Shown: in pieces, positions 1 to 11,018 of the stretch
Numbering within the stretch: position 1 is the stretch's first letter
Layout: every line of letters starts with the position of its first letter
NCBI GenBank assembly: GCA_965261595.1
Contig: CBDHDG010000005.1
Span: 992,001-1,056,000 of the forward strand
Length of the DNA: 64,000 bases
Source: a bacterium
GTDB taxonomy: Bacteria > UBA8248 > JACPRG01 > G963555815
Direction of reading: 5' to 3'
Program-made: the position numbers and the translations under genes
The notes under the pieces: model-generated
Database searches by the model: none
What the model was told of the DNA's origin: nothing
The model's input: the letters and a program-made list of their open reading frames with translations, nothing else

Positions 1-1695
1 GCGGAAAGCGACGAGATGGTGGAAGGTCTCGGCCGTTTGGCGGATGGGATTCGTTCGGAGGGCGCGGCCTCCGCCCTCCAGATCTGCCACTGCGGGCGCC
101 AGCGTCTTCTCCCCGGCGGGCCGCCGCGCGTTCCTTCGGCATCGGCCGCGCCGACGGACCGGGAAGTCCGCGAGGTTGATGAAGAGGAGATCGCGCAAAT
201 CGCCGCCGCCTTCGGGGACGCGGCCGGCCGGGCCCGGCGGGCCGGTTTCGACATGGTGGAGATCCATGCCGCGCACGGTTATCTCATCATGGGCTTCCTG
301 TCGCCGGAGACGAACCGGCGGACCGACGCCTTCGGGGGGGGGCTGGAAGGACGGCTTCGCTTTCCTCGGATGGTCATGGAGGCCGTCCGCAACGCCGTGG
401 GCAAGACCTTTCCCGTCTGCGTCCGGATGAACGGCTCCGAGATGTACCGGGGAGGGATGGGGTTGCGCGAGGGCTGTCAGACGGCGCGCGCCTTCATCGA
501 GGCCGGGGCGGACCTGCTCCACGTCTCGGCGGGGACTTACGGGACGCGCCATCTGCGCTCCACGCCCATGTACGGAAAGCGCGGGAACCTCGTTCCGCTT
601 TCCGCGGCGATCAAGAAGGTGTCGTCCGTCCCGGTCATCGCCTCGGGCGGTTTGGCCGATCCCGTGCGTCTGGAGGCGATCCTGGGCGATGGGCGGGCGG
701 ACCTGGTGTCGATGGCCCGGCAGCTTCACGCTGAGCCCCGCTGGGCCGGAAAAGTGCGGGAGGGACGGCTGGACGACATCCGCCCCTGCATCCGGTGCAA
801 CGCGGGATGCCTGGGGAGCGGCCTGGCGGGTGACCGGATCCTGTGCGACGTGAACCCCGCGGCCGGTTTCGAGGCGGATTTCGAGATCCGGCGGGCGGCC
901 CGGGCGAAGCGTGTGGCCGTTGTCGGCGGCGGTCCGGCGGGGATGGAGGCGGCGCGCGTTCTGGCGATGCGCGGTCACGATGTCCTCCTTTTCGAGTCCC
1001 AAAACCAACTGGGCGGGGCGCTGATCCCCGCGACGCGGCCGGAATTCAAATCCGACCTGCGCGCCTTCCTGGAGTTCCAGGTCAGGCAGGTCCGGAAACT
1101 TCCGGTGGAGATTAGGCTTGGCGCGCGGGTCGACGCCGGGATGATCGAGGCCATGGGCGCGGAGGAGGTCGTCCTGGCGACGGGGGCCGTGTTCAGGACG
1201 CCGGCCGAGATTTCAGGGAGCGACGGCCCGAAAGTCATGACGGCCGGCCGGGCCTTGCTCGAAAGCGATCGTGCGGGAAAACGGGTCGTCGTTGTCGGAG
1301 GAGGGGTGACCGGGTGCGAGACGTCGTGGGCCTTGGCCCGTTTGGGGCGGCGGGTGACGCTGTTGGAGATGCGGGACGACCTGGCGCCGGACATGGAGGG
1401 CATGCACCGGCCGGTCTTGATGAAGGGTTTCGAGGAAACCGGAGTGACGTGGCAAACCCGGGCGCGCGTGACCGCGGTCGCGGAGGACGGGACGGTGTCT
1501 TACCGGATCCATGGCGTCTCGACGGAGGAGCTGGCCGACACGGTCATCCTGGCCGTGGGGGTGGAGCCGGAGCGGGGTCTCGTGGACGCCCTTGCGGGGC
1601 TGGATATTCCTGTCCACGAGATCGGCGACTGCGCCCGGCCGGGGCGGGTTTTGGGGGCAATCCACGACGGCGCGCGGGTGGGACGGTCGATCTGA
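1..1695 (+). CDS. NADH:flavin oxidoreductase (Old Yellow Enzyme/FadH-like) with FAD-binding domain, 5'-partial
   Basis: EIHAAHGYL, NRRTDAFGG, CIRCNAGC Fe-S motif and two Rossmann motifs (GGGPAG, GGGVTG); the frame is open from base 1. Confidence 0.9.
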   Translation, partial: AESDEMVEGLGRLADGIRSEGAASALQICHCGRQRLLPGGPPRVPSASAAPTDREVREVDEEEIAQIAAAFGDAAGRARRAGFDMVEIHAAHGYLIMGFLSPETNRRTDAFGGGLEGRLRFPRMVMEAVRNAVGKTFPVCVRMNGSEMYRGGMGLREGCQTARAFIEAGADLLHVSAGTYGTRHLRSTPMYGKRGNLVPLSAAIKKVSSVPVIASGGLADPVRLEAILGDGRADLVSMARQLHAEPRWAGKVREGRLDDIRPCIRCNAGCLGSGLAGDRILCDVNPAAGFEADFEIRRAARAKRVAVVGGGPAGMEAARVLAMRGHDVLLFESQNQLGGALIPATRPEFKSDLRAFLEFQVRQVRKLPVEIRLGARVDAGMIEAMGAEEVVLATGAVFRTPAEISGSDGPKVMTAGRALLESDRAGKRVVVVGGGVTGCETSWALARLGRRVTLLEMRDDLAPDMEGMHRPVLMKGFEETGVTWQTRARVTAVAEDGTVSYRIHGVSTEELADTVILAVGVEPERGLVDALAGLDIPVHEIGDCARPGRVLGAIHDGARVGRSI

Positions 1696-1708
1696 GGCGG
1701 TCAGGCGC

Positions 1709-2830
1709 TTAGACCATCAGCTTCCCGTTCTTCTGAAAGAGCCTGCCGTCCACGTAGACCTCGCCCTTCTTTCTGAGGTCGCAGATCATGTCCCAGTGCA
1801 GGGCCGAGTCGTTCTTCGAGCCGCTCTCGGGATATCCCTTGCCCAGGGCCAGGTGGATCGTCCCGCCGATCTTCTCGTCGAACAGGATGTTCTTCGTGAA
1901 CCGCTGGATGCCGGGATTCAGGGCGAAGGCGAACTCGCCGACCCGCTTGGCCCCGGCGTCCATCCCGATCATCCGGCTGAGAAACGCCTCGTTCTTCTCG
2001 GCGGAGAACTCGACCACCTCCCCCTTCTCGAAGCGCAGCCGGACGCCGTCCACCTCCCTGCCGCCGTAGGCCGCCGGGAAGCTGTACGAAATATGACCGT
2101 TGACCGAGTGCTCTTGGGGTCCGGTGAAGACCTCCCCGTCGGGGAAGTTGCGCTTGCCTTCGCAATTGATGAAGGGCCGCCCCGCGATGCCGAGCTCCAG
2201 ATCCGTGTCCGGACCGGTGATGTTCACCTTCTTGCGCCCTTTCAGGTAGCGGATGACCTTTCGCTGGAAGACCGCGAGCTTTTTCCACTCGGCGACGGGA
2301 TCTTTCTTGTGGGCGAAGCATGCGCGGTAGACGAAGTCGGCGTACTCCTCCAGGGACATCTCTGCGTCCTGGGCGTAGGCCTGGGTCGGCCAGAGGGTGA
2401 GGGTCCAGCGCAGGCCGTCCTTCTCGCCCCGCTCGTGCCTGGCCGCGCGCCGCATGAAGGTGTTCATGATGGGCCTTCGGGCCTGCTGCACCATGGCCTG
2501 GCGGGCGGGATCGCTTCCCGACAGGCGCTTGGTGTTGACCTCGGACAGAACGTTGATGAGGACATCCACCTTCCCGATCTCGAACCGGGTGACGGGGTGG
2601 ATGAACTCGAGCTGATTCTTGCGGGCGGTTTTCAGGAAGATCTCGTCCAGGCCGGGGATGCCGACCTGAACATAAGGGTGGGCGCCGACGTCGACGCACT
2701 CTCGGAAAATCTCCCGCAGGAGCGGCGCCGCCTCGCTTCCGCCGGCGATCTTGACGATGTCGCCCTTCTTCACCTCTGAAGAATACCGGACGATGGTCCG
2801 GGCCATCCGGACAGTGCGCGGGTCGGGCAT
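1709..2830 (-). CDS. M29 family aminopeptidase (AmpS/AmpT-like)
   Basis: NFPDGEVFTGP, GEFAF, ILFDEKIGGTIHLALG and SALHWD motifs; likely start MPDPR at 2830 after GAGGAG. Confidence 0.92.
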   Translation of the reverse strand: MPDPRTVRMARTIVRYSSEVKKGDIVKIAGGSEAAPLLREIFRECVDVGAHPYVQVGIPGLDEIFLKTARKNQLEFIHPVTRFEIGKVDVLINVLSEVNTKRLSGSDPARQAMVQQARRPIMNTFMRRAARHERGEKDGLRWTLTLWPTQAYAQDAEMSLEEYADFVYRACFAHKKDPVAEWKKLAVFQRKVIRYLKGRKKVNITGPDTDLELGIAGRPFINCEGKRNFPDGEVFTGPQEHSVNGHISYSFPAAYGGREVDGVRLRFEKGEVVEFSAEKNEAFLSRMIGMDAGAKRVGEFAFALNPGIQRFTKNILFDEKIGGTIHLALGKGYPESGSKNDSALHWDMICDLRKKGEVYVDGRLFQKNGKLMV

Positions 2831-2991
2831 TGGGTGTCCACTCCTCGGTGTGGAGGCTTCGCAATGGATTGTAGCGGCTCGAAATCCTGCGATTCGTTTG
2901 CGGGGCCGCTGGCTGTATATCCCTATGCTACAATTCCCGGACCGGAATGAAAATTTGAGCCTGGATCGACAGAGGTCCACGTCATGTCGAT

Positions 2992-5470
2992 ATGATGAAA
3001 GCGGTCGTCTACCCCGAGCCGGATCAGTACGAAATCGACGAGATCCCCGTCCCCGATCCGCCCCCGGACGGCGCGCTCGTCAAGGTGATGGCCACGACCA
3101 TTTGTGGAACGGACTTCAAGATCCTCGGCGGAATGTTCCCTGGCACGAAGTTCCCTCACGTACCGGGGCATGAATGGAGCGGCGAGGTCGTCGCCGTGGG
3201 CGATGGGGTGGACGAGCTTCAACCCGGCGACCGCGTCGGGGCGGAGCCCCATGTAGGCTGCGGTCGCTGCCGGATGTGCCTGGAAGGCCGGTACAACCTC
3301 TGCGAGAACTACGGCCGGGTGGACAAAGGCCACGCCCATGTCGGGTTCACGACCGGCGGGGGGCTGGCGGAGTATTGCGCGGTCTCCGTCAAGGCCCTCC
3401 ACCGCCTTCCGGAGGGCCTCTCCTACGGCCAGGGGGCGTTCATCGAGTCGGTCGGCGTGGCCCTCTACGCCATCGAGCGGATCGGCATCGAGGCGGGCGA
3501 GGACGTGCTCGTCATCGGGCCCGGGGCCATCGGTTATTGCGCCACGCAGATCGCGCGGGCCCGGGGGGCGGGGAAGGTCGTCCTCGCGGGGACGCGGGAC
3601 GAGCGTCTGGCGCTGGCGAAGGACTTGGGCTGCGACGCCGCCGTGAACGTGCGCTCAGAGAAAGACCCCGTCGAGGCCATCCGCGCGCATTTCGGCGGAA
3701 AAGGGGCCGACGTGATCGTCGAGTTGGCGGGATCGGCCGACGCGGCCCTTCAGGCGCTTCTCTGCGCCCGGCGGGGCGGGCGAATCGTCCTGGCTGGCTC
3801 GACCTCGCCCGGCAGGGAGCTGCGGGTGGACCTCAGCGTAATCGTCCGGGGCCACCTCGACATCCACGGCTCGGTGGCGAACCCCAAGTGGGTTTGCCGC
3901 CGGGGACTCGAAATGATCGCCCGGGGTTATGTGGACGTCGCTCCGCTCCTCACCCACCGGATGCCGCTGACCGATTTCGGCGAAGCCCTGGTGGACCGCC
4001 CCTGGGTTATTGGACACTCGGGTGAGGGTATTCGACCTCATGCGGCCTCCGCAACTTGAGCGAGTTTTTCCTGCCTTGCCTGGGCCGGCGTTCGGTAGCC
4101 GTAGCCCTCGAGAATCCAATGATGGTTGTACAGGTTCTTGAACTCAAGCAGCGCCCACCGCAGTTCCTCTACGGTGGCGAAAGAGCGCACCCACAGGAGA
4201 TTCTCCTTCAAGATGCGGATAAACCACTCACAGTAGCCATTTCCCTCGGGCGCCCGCACGAAGCTGGGCGAACTGGTCATGCCCAGGTAGGCGATCTCCC
4301 GCTGAAAGTCATCGGACAGATAGGCGGGGCCGTGGTCGTGACGAACTTTAAGCCCCTCGGCGACGTCCGCCTCCAAGCCGGCGAAGCGCTCGGCGACCCC
4401 CTGCCGGATCGGCTCCAGGGCCTCGAAGCGGTTGCCGCTCTTGGCCGCATGGATCCCCACGCAGTCCACCGAGCAGTGATCCACCGCCACGAACACCGAG
4501 GCCACCCCCTCCTCGGTGGTCACCGTCGTCGTCATGTCCGTGCCCCACATTCGGTCGGGCCGCTCGGTGCGGATGGTCCCGTTGTGGGCCTTGGGACCTC
4601 GGGGTTTGCCCACCCGGTGGGGGGCCTGAAGCCCCGCCTCCCGCATCAGGCGACGCACCCGCTCCTTGCTGGTGCGGATGCCCGCGAAGCGCAGCCTCGC
4701 CCACACCTTGCGGTAGCCCTCGCCATGGAAGGGAGAGTCCTCCAGGACCTGCCGGATGTGGCCGAGGAGTTCCGCATCGGTGCACGGGCCCACAGGGCCG
4801 CGCTTATTGGGCGTGGGGCGTTCATGAACGGGGACCGCCTCTCGCCGCCGTTGCGCGTAGACCGTGGAGAGCGCCAAGCCCCAAAGGGCGCACACCCGCT
4901 TCAGGCCGTAGGCTCTGCCCGTGGAGGTGAAGCGGGCCTGACTCATCGCCTCCACCTCCTGCCGGCTAAAGGGCGGCCGGCCTCCAGGCGGTCGATCTTC
5001 TCCCGCAGGACCTCGCCCTCCATCGTGAGTTCGCCCACCTTGGCCTTGAGCCGGGCGTTCTCCTCGTCCCGCTCATCCGCCGGGCGGGCTTTGAGCGCCG
5101 CCTCGCCCCCGCGAAGGAACGCCTCGCGCCAGGCGGAAAGCCGAGCCGCTGTCGTGCCCAACTCGCGGCAGAGCGTCTCCAGGCTCTCGCCCCGCAAAAG
5201 ACGCAGGACCGCCTCCCGCTTGCGCTGGCAGGAGAACCGACCCCGCTCACTGCGATGCCCTGGGGCCTTGGCTCCGTTCGCCCTGCGGGCGCCCTCCGCC
5301 AAAGCCCCCTCTTGCTTTTGTTCGTTCATCGCGACACCCCTTTCTCCATGAATCATGGATCAATCGAGTGTCCAACAAAACCCTAGAGCGGGGGACTGGA
5401 GACCTTCCGCGAGCGCAGGGGCGGGGCCTACCGCGTCATGATGCACCCGCACGGCGTGGCCGAAGACTGA
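2992..5470 (+). pseudogene. Zn-dependent alcohol dehydrogenase with its C-terminus interrupted by an IS
   Basis: CGTD, GHE, CGRCRMC and GPGAIG motifs. Removing IS 3992-5395 and one CTGG restores ...FGEALETFRERRGGAYRVMMHPHGVAED*. Confidence 0.9.
3992..5395 (-). mobile_element. IS3-family (IS2-like) element, copy 1; orfA ~4943-5329, orfB 4038-4946
   Basis: 1404 bp; imperfect IRs TGGACCGCCCCTGGG.../TCCCCCGCTCTAGGG...; DDE orfB (WGTD, HDHG, NGYCE); ATGA orfA/orfB overlap; TSD CTGG. Confidence 0.95.
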
Positions 5471-5493
5471 GCGATCGCCGAAGCCGGACGCAC

Positions 5494-5530
5494 AAAAAAG
5501 GGGACGGTCCGGTTGGACCACCCCCTTCAT
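5494..5530 (-). terminator. Probable rho-independent terminator downstream of the binding-protein gene
   Basis: Imperfect GC hairpin (ggggacggtcc/ggaccacccc) followed by T6 on the minus strand. Confidence 0.5.
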
Positions 5531-5584
5531 GCCGATGAAACCGAGCCCCGTTCTCAAACAACCCAGGGCCGAATTCCCGATGCT

Positions 5585-6630
5585 TTACATCTTCTTTTTA
5601 CGCCGGGCCTTCTTCCCGGACTTTTTGGCGAAGGCCTTCATGGCGGCCCGGCCTATGCGGAAGTCCACCATGTCCTTGATCTTGGGCTTGCCCTTCTTGT
5701 AGCGGCCCAACTTGGCGTTCAGGTTGTTGGTGTACCGCAGCACCTTCATGGGCAGGCCCACGTTCGTGGTCCAGATTCTCGCTCTGGTAATGATGTCGTA
5801 CGTCTTGGACGCGCCTTTTCGGGCCTTCTTGCCGCCCCGGAGGAACTTAACGGCGGTGTTAATTGTCGCGGCCTTGTTCTTGTACATGAAGCGGGTTGCA
5901 TTGATGAGGGCCCGTGTAACGCGGACGTAGGCGCGCCGGTTGGCCTTGATTTTCACCCCGGGGGCCGAGACGGCCGCGTAGGGGTAGTCGGGCTGTGTTT
6001 CCCAGATACGCGCGAGGGTGTGGACCTTCCCCTTTGTTTTCTTGCTCGCGAACGCCACCTGCTCGATGTGCATGAGGACGGCGTCCACCTTCCCCGAGAT
6101 GATGAAGCTCACCCGCTGCGGGGGTGTCGTCCGCACGTAGATTACGTCCTTATCGGTCACGCCCGCGGGCTGGATGACCGAGAGCATCCCCAGGTGGGAG
6201 TAGCCGAATTTCCCCTCGATGCCCAGCTTTTTCCCCCGAAGGTCGGCGGGTTTCTTGATGTCGGCTTGCACGGCGAGGATGGCCTCGTTCTTGTGGGCGT
6301 AGGAGTAGAACATCTTCAGCCCCGACCCGCGGGCGATGCCCGACATGGTCAGGGGGCCGGGGATCCAGGCCAGGTCCAGATCCGTCCCTTTGGCCGTGAT
6401 GGCCTGATGGGCCCGGGTTCCGCCGCGGAAGCGGGAGATCTTCACGTCCAGGCCTTGCGCCTTGTAGAAGCCCCGATCCAGGGCCAGGTAGACGGGGATG
6501 TGGACGACGTTGGGTTTCGGCGTCGGCATCCCGAAATGGAGTTTTTTCGCCGCCGCCGAAGCGGCGGGAGAGAGGGCAAAGGCGAGCCCTGTCACGATCA
6601 GAAGAATAGAACAAACGTCTTTTTCAGCAT
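5585..6630 (-). CDS. NitT/TauT-family (NMT1/SsuA-like) ABC substrate-binding protein; 1-bp frameshift in the signal peptide
   Basis: PVYLALDRGFYKAQGLDV and ADLRGKKLG motifs. The ATG at 6630 with a GGAGG RBS is one base out of frame; adding one T gives MLKKTFCSILLIVTGLAFA. Confidence 0.85.
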
Positions 6631-6827
6631 GTTCTTTTCCCTCCCTTTCTGGAGTGGAATTTCATCCCCGCGGGTTTGGACGGCGTTGTTCGAATCAGGC
6701 GTGTCCGCGGCCATCTACGCCCTTGTTGATTTAGAAGCCTGAACGTTCTGTTTTGTTCGCCCTGATTTTCCCATTTTCGACCCGTGCGGGGCAAGTCGGA
6801 TTTTTACCCCCCCCCCCTCCCCCCGGC

Positions 6828-7916
6828 CTACCCCAGCGCCTCGCGGAGCCAATCCGCCGCGAGGGGCCGGTACTTGTACGGGATGTTGTTGCACACGTGG
6901 TTCCCGTCGGGAAACAGGGCGAATTCCTTCGGGCCGGAAGCCTCGGCCACGATGGCTTCACCCTGGGAGACGGGAACGATTCGGTCGAGCGCCCCGTGGA
7001 TGATGAGGAGGGGACAGGTAATCTTCGCGGCGACCCCTTTCAGGGTGATCGCCATCGAGCGCTCGCGGGCCTCGTCCAGGTCCTTCGCCCCCCAGGCGTG
7101 CCGGAAGCCCTTTCGGGTCAGCAGGGGCATGTTGTCCCAGCAGTTGGCCATGTGGTGGAAGCCGGCCACGCCGACGCATGCCCGGATCCGGCCGTCGAAG
7201 GCCGCCGCCCGGGGGGCGTAGTAGCCGCCGGTGCTGATCCCGCAGACGCCGATGCGCCCGCCGTCCAGGTCGCCGCGGGACAGGACGAAGTCGATGACCG
7301 CCGAGACGGCCGACTCGTAATCCTCGCGCATTTTGACGTGGGGGTGGACCTCCCCCTGGCCGGGTCCGTCGAAGGCCAGAACGGCCATGCCCCGCGCCAG
7401 AAAGTCGCCGCCCAGGCTGTAGAATTCCTCTTTGGTCGAATCGAGTCCCGCAATGATGAGGACGACCGGGGGGCGGTCGGCGCCGCGGGGCTTCCGGAGG
7501 AATCCGGGCAGGATGGTGTCCTCGAACGGCGCTTCGACCCATTCGATCGGCTCATCCAGCAGCCCCAGGGCCTCCCGGAACGTCTCGACCTTCTTGTCCT
7601 GGGCGCTTTGCTTTTGTCCGAGGTCCTCGTCCCAGACGAATTGGGCGAAGTGGTAGGTGACCGAGGCGCTCAGGAAGGCCTCGGCCGCCGTCCGCCTCCG
7701 GCCCCGCTCAAAGGCCTCCCGCGCCAGGTCTTCATGGATGGCGGCCGTCGCGCACCAGGCCCGACACCAGTCGTCCCAGGATTCGACGCGTTTCAGGGTC
7801 TCCTCGGCGTCGTTGTAATCCACGCCGTTGGCCAGCATCCGGGGATGCCAGTTGCGCAAGGCTTCCAGGGTGGGGTTGTCGCCGGAGGGGGATGGGGGTG
7901 GGGGCGCGCCGCTCAA
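6828..7916 (-). CDS. Alpha/beta hydrolase, FrsA/2,6-dihydroxypseudooxynicotine hydrolase-like
   Basis: GLDSTKEE, FDGPGQGE, GISTGG nucleophile elbow, HGALD and GNH motifs; TTG start after GGAGGA. Confidence 0.85.
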   Translation of the reverse strand: MSGAPPPPSPSGDNPTLEALRNWHPRMLANGVDYNDAEETLKRVESWDDWCRAWCATAAIHEDLAREAFERGRRRTAAEAFLSASVTYHFAQFVWDEDLGQKQSAQDKKVETFREALGLLDEPIEWVEAPFEDTILPGFLRKPRGADRPPVVLIIAGLDSTKEEFYSLGGDFLARGMAVLAFDGPGQGEVHPHVKMREDYESAVSAVIDFVLSRGDLDGGRIGVCGISTGGYYAPRAAAFDGRIRACVGVAGFHHMANCWDNMPLLTRKGFRHAWGAKDLDEARERSMAITLKGVAAKITCPLLIIHGALDRIVPVSQGEAIVAEASGPKEFALFPDGNHVCNNIPYKYRPLAADWLREALG

Positions 7917-7920
7917 CCGA

Positions 7921-8037
7921 TCAATCCTCCCGCGTCTTCCATGGGGCGATCCGCCGCTCGAACCACTTGAGGCCCTCGCTGAGGATGATTCCAAGGGTCA
8001 TCAGGATGACGATGGGGACGAACATCGAGTCGTTTTC
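7921..8037 (-). pseudogene. C-terminal remnant of an ABC permease (SsuC/TauC-like)
   Basis: Reads ENDSMFVPIVILMTLGIILSEGLKWFERRIAPWKTRED*; the upstream part is replaced by AT-rich DNA. Confidence 0.6.
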
Positions 8038-8289
8038 CATGTCGATACAGCCGTAAGGACGTTCTTTCCAGTCACGAAACCTTATTATTATATTGATATT
8101 ATTGGATAATATACATTATTCCAGATTTTATTCGGAACCTGTCTTCTACTGTTCGTAATCAAAATGAATGCGGATTCGATACAACGTCCGCGCATCCAGT
8201 CGAGTCCCTGGCGGTAAGCATTCAGTCGTGGGGTGATGGCAAGCGGCTTGCTCGTCATGGACTTCGGGAGAGGTTCTGATAAGGGGCTG

Positions 8290-8933
8290 GTAACATAATC
8301 CGGCATGTGGTATTCATGTCGGCATGACGATTCGCGCAGATGTTGTTGAAGCAGAGCTTTCGTTGGTCGAGAGGGGTGATGTCCGATGGTCTCTTCCCCC
8401 CGAGACGCCCTCATGCGGGGCGCCGGACTGGCGTTCGCTGTTCGAGCGCGAGCGGGCGCGATCGGAGGCGGCGGAGGCGCGCTGCGAAGAGTTGCGGTGG
8501 GCGGAGGTGGATTCCCGCGCCCGGGCGGGTTCGCTGAAGTGGCGCCTCGACACCTACCGGAAGAAGCTGAAGGCGGTCGTCGAGGAGACGAAGGAAGTCC
8601 GTTGCGCGGCGCAGGACGCCCTTTCGTTGCAGGCGGAAGTGGCGCGGCTGGAGAAGCTGCTTTCGGAAGCCGGTGTCGAGGCGGCCAGGGGCCGCACGGG
8701 CGCGTCGCCGTCGGGGGAGGCCGCTCGGCTACGCAAGGCCCTAGAGGGGCGGAAGGACACTATCGAGTCGCTGCGCACGGAACGCGGCGGGCTGCGCAAG
8801 GAGATCGGCCGTCGGGACAAGAAGGTCGCCCGGCTGGAGGATCGGCTGGAGCGGGAGGCGCAGGCGTCGGAGACCCACAGGGAGACCATCGGGTCGCAGG
8901 GCCGCGAGGTCATTGGGCTCCATTCGGAGTTGA
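8290..8933 (+). mobile_element. Probable IS66-type left end and coiled-coil transposase N-terminus, truncated by IS3
   Basis: GTAA terminus at 8290 at a GC shift; the coiled-coil ORF from 8324 is cut at the IS3 IR. Confidence 0.45.
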
Positions 8934-10344
8934 TGGAGTTACCCCGTTTCAGTGGACAGTTTAGGGCTGTCGTCCCCAGCCCTGAGGTGGGCGACAGCCG
9001 GTGGACCTAAAGTCTTCTCCCTATCCGATAGATAGGGTGCCCCCGGGGGGTATGTCTTGACCTTTGGCTCGCTGCTCCGGGAAGCACCGGGGACGGCTCG
9101 AGCCGGATGATGAAGTTTGCGCGCCGCCCGCGGCATAGCCTCCGCCTCTGCCCGTTCGAAGTCGTTGGGGCTGAGGTAGCCCAGGGCGGAGTGCCGGTGT
9201 CTGGGGTTGTACTAGCCCTCGATGAATTGGAAGATCGCCATGCGCGCTTCGGCCTGGGTACGGAACGAACGCCGGTCGATGAGCTCGCACTCCAGCGTGG
9301 CGAACAAGCTCTCGGCCATGGCGTTGTCGAAGCAATCCCCGGCCGACCCGGTCGACGGAACCACCCCCATCTCCCGGCACCGCTTCCCAAAGGCAAGCGA
9401 GGTGTACTGCGAGCCCTGGTCGGAGTGATGTACGACCCCTTGGGGGCGGCGCTGTCCCAACGCCATGTTCAGCGCCCCGAGCACCAGTTCGGTGCGAAGA
9501 TGGTGGGTCATGGACCATCCCACCACCCAGCGGGTGAACACGTCGAGCACGATGGCCGGGTACACGAACCCCGTCCAGGTCGGCACGTAGGTCACGTCGG
9601 CCACCCAAAGCCGATCCGGCGCATCGGCCTGGAACTGGCGTTCGACCCGGTCCGGGACCACACAATGGCTCTGGTCCACGCGCGTAGTGCGCATGCCTCG
9701 GCGTCGGCTCACCCCGGCCAACCCTGCCTCGCGCATCAGACGAGCCACCCGATTGCGGCTCACCCGGCAGCCGCCGGCCATCATCTCGGCATGGACCCGA
9801 GGCGCCCCGTAGGTGCCACCAGATACCTCGTGGATGGCCCGGATCGTGCCACGCAACGCCTCCTCGCGCTTCGCACGATTCGAACGCCCACGGCTTCGCC
9901 ACGCGTAGTATCCGCTGGGGGAGACACCCAGCCGACGGCACATCGTGGCCACCCGATGGCAGGCCTGATTCGCCTTCACGAGCTCGAAGACTTCGCCCGG
10001 ACCGAGCCGGTCTCCCGAGCGAACCAAGCCGTAGCTTTTGCCAGTATCTCGCGTTCTTCGCGAAGCTGACGATTGTCCCGACGAAGCCGCCGTAGCTCCT
10101 CGAGCTCTGAGCTTGTCAGACCGTCCTCACGACGGCCCTCGTCGCGGTCGGCCTGGCGCACCCAGTTGCGTATCGCCGAAGCGGAACACTCGAACTCCCG
10201 CGCCAGCTCCCCGGGCGTACGGCCCGAGCGAACCAGCTCAACCATCTGGCGCCGGTACTCCGGCGCGTAGGGTGAATGTGTTTTCGCCATCTGAACACCT
10301 CCTCCGCACAGTCTGAAGGTGTCCACAAAAACGGGTCAACTCCA
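8934..10344 (-). mobile_element. IS3-family element; orfA 9976-10290, orfB with a premature TAG at 9212
   Basis: IRs TGGAGTTACCCCGTTTCAGTGGAC / GTCCACAAAAACGGGTCAACTCCA; WVADVTY, HHSDQG, NAMAES; FIEG*YNP nonsense codon; no matching TSD. Confidence 0.92.
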
Positions 10345-10368
10345 GTCCACCAAACCGGGTCAACTCCA

Positions 10369-10905
10369 GAGCATTGTTATTTGTTTGACTCGGGTTATAT
10401 AGAAGATACGATCAACAACAAGGGAAATGAAAATGGGTTCCAGAAAATTTTCCAACATGCGGCTCATTTGGTAACAACTTGGAAAGCTGAACTTCGAACC
10501 GCTTCAGAGAACTTTAATTTCATATTCAAGAATCCCTTTGATGATGATATTTATGATTTGATTTACCAAAATTTGCCATATCTTCTATTGTTCATGTCTC
10601 ATCTGATTATCGGCATTTTTAATAGAATGGAAGCAATGGATGAAACATCCAAGCATCTTTTCCATATCAGGACTATGCTCTCGTATGATTTAATCACTGA
10701 ACCGGACAAGCGCCTTGCATTATCAAATTTTAAACAACTCCTATCCACTTCTCCTAGCTGCTCAAAATGCTCCGCGAAATGCAAGATCACACTGTATAAT
10801 GCTATTAGCATGTTACTGATGTCGAGATTCCGGTGCACATGTTGCAGAACAAGCGAGCCTTTTCTTCTTTTCTCGTATCCAGAGTATCAGCAGTCAACTG
10901 TGTAG
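10369..10905 (+). pseudogene. AT-rich hypothetical protein C-terminal fragment with a Zn-ribbon (CSKC...CTCC), 5' end removed by IS
   Basis: Open low-GC frame starting directly at an IS IR. Confidence 0.5.
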
Positions 10906-11018
10906 TTGTAGGATAGAAAAGAAGGATCGACTTGCCGTTTGGTATTCAATGAGCGTTGCCCGACCTCGACTTTATGGCGGACGACGGCGGCTTAGCATTC
11001 ATCTGGAACGAGGGAACC

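Noticed and set aside
4056..5351. 431-aa antisense ORF present in every IS2-like copy
   Set aside because: Shadow frame of the GC-rich transposase, conserved only because the copies are near-identical.
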